Of a stretch of 20,000 nt of DNA, positions 16,908 to 20,000 are shown piece after piece. The DNA comes from an uncultured virus (IMG/VR IMGVR_UViG_3300010334_004649) (Duplodnaviria; Heunggongvirae; Uroviricota; Caudoviricetes), in the IMG/VR virus record IMGVR_UViG_3300010334_004649; one strand, written 5' to 3'. The position numbers were made by a program, and so were the translations under genes. Below the pieces are notes generated by a model. That model was given only the letters and a program-made list of their open reading frames with translations. It had not been told where the DNA came from and did not search any database. The number at the start of each line of letters is the position of its first letter. Position 1 is the stretch's first letter.

Positions 16908-17636
16908 ATGAAACTTGTGGAAATTATAACGCTGCGGCAATTAGCAGCACTAGAGCAAGCACTGGGCAGACGTGGACTGTTGAGAGGTTTGTTGGGCACA
17001 GCAGCCAGTAGCAGCACCGCTCAGGCCAAACGTACCGCAGCCACTGAACCAAAACATCACACCAGTGCCAAGACTCTGGACAGTGATAAACTGCAAAAGT
17101 CAACTGACAGCACGGCGATGTCTGCTGATCGTCGCAGAGAGCAGGCCATAGCAGGCGCTGCACAAGCAGCAGGTATAACTGGCCGCGAACTGGCAGCATT
17201 TCTCGCTCAGTTGGCTACAGAAACTGGTGGGTTCCTGCACCTCGAAGAACGTGGCAATCCCAATGAGTGGAACCAGAAATACGGCCCAGAAGGCAATGCT
17301 GCTGTGGCACAGATTTTGGGCAATTCGCTGCCAGGAGACGGAGCTCTGTTTCATGGTCGTGGTCTGATTCAATTGACGGGACGCAGCAACTACAACAGAC
17401 ATGCCGGTTTCATTCTGGGCAAGAGTGGGAAATGGACAGAGAAAACAGCAGGCAAACTCAGTGACATGTCTACGGCCACAACAGTGGCAATTGATTTTTG
17501 GAAAACACGAGTGAGACCCAGGGTCAACAACTGGGATGATGTAGCAGCAGTGACCAAGGCCGTCAATGGCGGTCAACGAGGCCTAGAAGATAGACTGAAG
17601 AATTATGCCTGGTACAAGGCACAGATGAAATTGTGA
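16908..17636 (+). CDS. glycoside hydrolase family 19 lysozyme/chitinase-like protein with N-terminal extension
   Basis: AAFLAQ..TETGGF..LEE, LGN..PGDG..FHGRGLIQLTGRSNY, VTK.VNGG..GL.DR. Confidence 0.92.
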   Translation: MKLVEIITLRQLAALEQALGRRGLLRGLLGTAASSSTAQAKRTAATEPKHHTSAKTLDSDKLQKSTDSTAMSADRRREQAIAGAAQAAGITGRELAAFLAQLATETGGFLHLEERGNPNEWNQKYGPEGNAAVAQILGNSLPGDGALFHGRGLIQLTGRSNYNRHAGFILGKSGKWTEKTAGKLSDMSTATTVAIDFWKTRVRPRVNNWDDVAAVTKAVNGGQRGLEDRLKNYAWYKAQMKL

Positions 17637-17799
17637 GAAAAACGCAGTTTTTTTGAGATTCTTATCAATGAATTCAAAGACATATAACTGAAATTTTTAG
17701 GCTATGCAGTTCTGCTCTATACTGCTAGGTTTTGCAGAGATCCAGTTGTAGTTCACTTTGCACGCACATGTGGCCCTATTTGGTATGACAAATCTGCGG

Positions 17800-17876
17800 T
17801 GGTACCAGGGATCGGATTCGAACCGACACTGTAGAGATTTTGAGTCTCCTGCCTCCTGCCGTTGGGCTACCCTGGC
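17800..17876 (-). tRNA. tRNA-Leu(CAA), 77 nt, short variable loop
   Basis: Acceptor GCCAGGG/CCCTGGT, A73, CCA; anticodon arm GGAGA-CTCAAAA-TCTCT; variable loop ACAGT. Confidence 0.93.
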
Positions 17877-17930
17877 ACAAAATCACGGGACTTAAGGATT
17901 TGATCCTGCCCTTGCAAAAGTTCACTTCAC

Positions 17931-17959
17931 AAAATACCACAAATGAAATGTCTTGTCAA
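17931..17959 (-). promoter_or_regulatory. sigma70-type promoter for tRNA-Leu(CAA)
   Basis: TTGACA-N17-TATTTT with TG extension. Confidence 0.6.
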
Positions 17960-18063
17960 CATTTAACTTTAACCATCAGTCTATGGAAACTACCGCGGAG
18001 CAAGCTGTTGCGGGATTTCGCGCGAAAAATAAATGCCATACGGAACAAACGCGATTTTCAGTA

Positions 18064-18140
18064 TGGTACCCGCAGAGAGATTTGAACTCTCAACACAGGG
18101 CTTTTAAGGCCCTTGTCTCTACCATTTGGACTATGCGGGC
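18064..18140 (-). tRNA. tRNA-Leu(TAA), 77 nt, short variable loop
   Basis: Acceptor GCCCGCA/TGCGGGT, A73, CCA; anticodon arm AGGGC-CTTAAAA-GCCCT; variable loop GTGTT. Confidence 0.93.
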
Positions 18141-18148
18141 TCTGTGCC

Positions 18149-18177
18149 ATCACAGCAGTAAATGAAATTTCTGTCAA
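18149..18177 (-). promoter_or_regulatory. sigma70-type promoter for tRNA-Leu(TAA)
   Basis: TTGACA-N17-TGTGAT, 8 nt before the tRNA. Confidence 0.5.
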
Positions 18178-18196
18178 TCCGCCCAGGCTGGGCGGC

Positions 18197-18562
18197 CTAA
18201 TCGCTGATGTTTTTGGTGCTTATTTTGGTTACCAAACGCCCAGCAATTGCCAACAGCAGGATAGCAATGCTTTCGTTGATCAATGACATTCCATCATGAT
18301 CCTTGTTCTGCAGAATAATCAATCTGCAGATAGCTGTAATGGCAATAAACAGTGGTATTTTAATTGGAATATCATGTGATCCAAAAAATGCCGCAACCAT
18401 AGCCAGTACCTCAGCATAGATAAACAACTGCAGCATGTCTTTGAGTTCAAACAGTTGAGCAGTCCAGAGAGTATTCAACTCCGAACCAACTGCCCCAATG
18501 GCATAGGCTGCGATCACCAGCAGCACTGCTTTCTCTAGATACTGTATACCAATCTTTATCAT
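18197..18562 (-). CDS. psiE: phosphate-starvation-inducible PsiE-family membrane protein
   Basis: Four TM segments; L.D.L.LFIY.EV..MV..F, IP...P..IA..A..R.IIL. Confidence 0.85.
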   Translation of the reverse strand: MIKIGIQYLEKAVLLVIAAYAIGAVGSELNTLWTAQLFELKDMLQLFIYAEVLAMVAAFFGSHDIPIKIPLFIAITAICRLIILQNKDHDGMSLINESIAILLLAIAGRLVTKISTKNISD

Positions 18563-18654
18563 AACAGACCCTTTGCTCTATACCAGCTGTGTCTCTTTAA
18601 CCACGCAACTCCTCAAGACCAACCCTCTGCATCGACCATGCCAAGGTTGAGAGC

Positions 18655-18843
18655 TCAGTTAGATGCACGCAGTTCTGCCAGATTGCGATTGTGCCCGCGT
18701 GCAACAAATGGAATGTCGCAGCGGCGAAGACCTAGGTCGGCCAGTTCGTGTGCACCAAGACGTTCCAGTTCATATACAGTGCGGTTATAGGTAATCCAAC
18801 GGTGAAAGGCATTGCGTAGATAAGCAAAAACTGTGTTGATCAT
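18655..18843 (-). CDS. DUF1127 small protein
   Basis: W..YNRTV.EL.RL..HEL.DLGL.R.DI signature; GGGA RBS before ATG 18843. Confidence 0.9.
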   Translation of the reverse strand: MINTVFAYLRNAFHRWITYNRTVYELERLGAHELADLGLRRCDIPFVARGHNRNLAELRASN

Positions 18844-18912
18844 TGAAGTATTTCCCTGTGTGATTTTGTCTGTGTCACAACTATATAGCGTGTTGCGCCG
18901 CACAAAACAACC

Positions 18913-18953
18913 GCATTTAATGCATAGCTGGTGCACAGTTATGCATTAAATGC
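18913..18953. promoter_or_regulatory. long inverted repeat between the RNA ligase and DUF1127 genes
   Basis: GCATTTAATGCATAGCTG-GTGCA-CAGTTATGCATTAAATGC (17 of 18 positions pair). Confidence 0.7.
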
Positions 18954-18982
18954 ATGAAGTGCAGAAATGGAATACACACATG

Positions 18983-20000
18983 CTATTGGAACTCTGTGGC
19001 ATCTTTGTTGGAACGAGTCAGATAGGCAGGGCTAATAAACTTGCAAATCTTACGACCATGTGATGAATGATAGCCACCATCAGCACAAGTGACAACCACA
19101 CCCTCACGGATATTATCACCACCAATCATGGTCTTGCCATCACGCACCTTGACAATGGCATCAAGGTCAAAAGGACCAGAATACAGCACGGGCAGCATTT
19201 CCAATTCCAATTCACGACAAACAATTTCTGCATCACGGCGAGTTAGAAATTGTTTTCCAATCTGAACATCAAATACTCGGAACTCAGGTGAATTGGTGCC
19301 ATACTTTAGGTCCTGAACCGACCCGCCAAAGATTTCTCCATAAATTTTAATCACCGTATTGCTATGCGTGTTTGATATTGCACGAAGATTGTGTTCAAAG
19401 CCATTATCCAGCAACTCACGTAGATTGCGGACATAAAGGTTACCATCATTGTTGCTGTTGTTTTTGAACACCAAACCCTGCTTGCCAAGACCTTTGCTGC
19501 TGACAGTGATATTACCCTGTTCTCCAAACATTTCTAGATGGTTTAGCCCAGGAATATACTGCATAAGACAGAATGACCCATGTGCTTTTTCCACAGCATT
19601 CACACGGGTATTCTCATCAAAGATATCAGGAACACTTTCCCAACGCTCAAAGTCATAGTTGGTAGCGGCCTCAGAAACATTGGCAACTTCACCAGCCATG
19701 GCCACAGGAATTGGCGGCTCATACTTGGTAATACCAAGAATTTCTGCCACGTCCATTCCAGGAAATACTTTACAAGATTCTCCATTGGCGTCTGTGATGT
19801 ATCCCCATCCTGTTTCAAGATGGGGCAAAAGTCGATGTTCACGAACAGGATACAGCAAACCTTCTGAAAACACGCCTCGAAGTTTTAGAGCCTTGACCCT
19901 GTTGCCGTTTGATCCAGAAAGCATGCCAACATTCTTTTCTTCATTCCAAAAGCCCATCTCCTTGAGCAGCCATTCTGGCAGAAGTGCCGCAGATGGAATA
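18983..20000 (-). CDS. ATP-dependent RNA ligase, DRB0094 family (5' end outside the window)
   Basis: RVKA.KLRG..S.GL, LGITKYEPP, motif I EKAHG, YGEIFG, F.VFD, REGVV, K.IS..YL; frame stays open to the window edge (IPSAALLPEWLLKE). Confidence 0.93.
   Translation of the reverse strand, partial: IPSAALLPEWLLKEMGFWNEEKNVGMLSGSNGNRVKALKLRGVFSEGLLYPVREHRLLPHLETGWGYITDANGESCKVFPGMDVAEILGITKYEPPIPVAMAGEVANVSEAATNYDFERWESVPDIFDENTRVNAVEKAHGSFCLMQYIPGLNHLEMFGEQGNITVSSKGLGKQGLVFKNNSNNDGNLYVRNLRELLDNGFEHNLRAISNTHSNTVIKIYGEIFGGSVQDLKYGTNSPEFRVFDVQIGKQFLTRRDAEIVCRELELEMLPVLYSGPFDLDAIVKVRDGKTMIGGDNIREGVVVTCADGGYHSSHGRKICKFISPAYLTRSNKDATEFQ

Noticed and set aside
17840..18165. Plus-strand ORFs 17840..18085 and 17953..18165 (also 13488..13673)
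   Set aside because: Antisense to tRNA genes and their promoters; no RBS or motif
18179..18195. GC hairpin CCGCCCA-GGC-TGGGCGG after psiE as a terminator
   Set aside because: No U-tract on either side and it abuts the tRNA promoter; function unclear
1561..19867. Numerous short antisense or alternate-frame ORFs nested in the long genes
   Set aside because: Shadow ORFs of well-supported genes, without RBS or motifs

Overview
Gene-dense, mostly small-ORF segment of a large (jumbo/T4-like) tailed phage genome, standard genetic code. The host is probably an alphaproteobacterium (inferred from DUF1127, an alpha-type CspA and GCTATAT-like promoters). Recognisable genes: DRB0094-family RNA ligase (cut by the window end), Pol-beta/RlaP-type nucleotidyltransferase, GH19 lysozyme, calpain-like (C2) cysteine protease, 2OG-Fe(II)-type oxygenase, cold-shock protein, PsiE, DUF1127, two fibre-like proteins sharing an N-terminal anchor, an HRxDGPA-repeat protein and four tRNAs. 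Two promoter classes are visible: TTGACA-type sigma70 sites and ATAAATA late-type boxes, three of which sit exactly 5 nt before an ATG. Most interesting: (1) late proteins with T4 capsid-targeting-like N-termini and two apparent polyproteins whose modules are bounded by (I/L/V)xE prohead-protease-type sites; (2) a GH19 enzyme with a twin-arginine-like signal behind such a leader; (3) tRNAs with swapped variable-arm classes (long-arm Cys/Asn, short-arm Leu) near RNA-repair genes. All family calls come from motif recognition by eye, not database searches.
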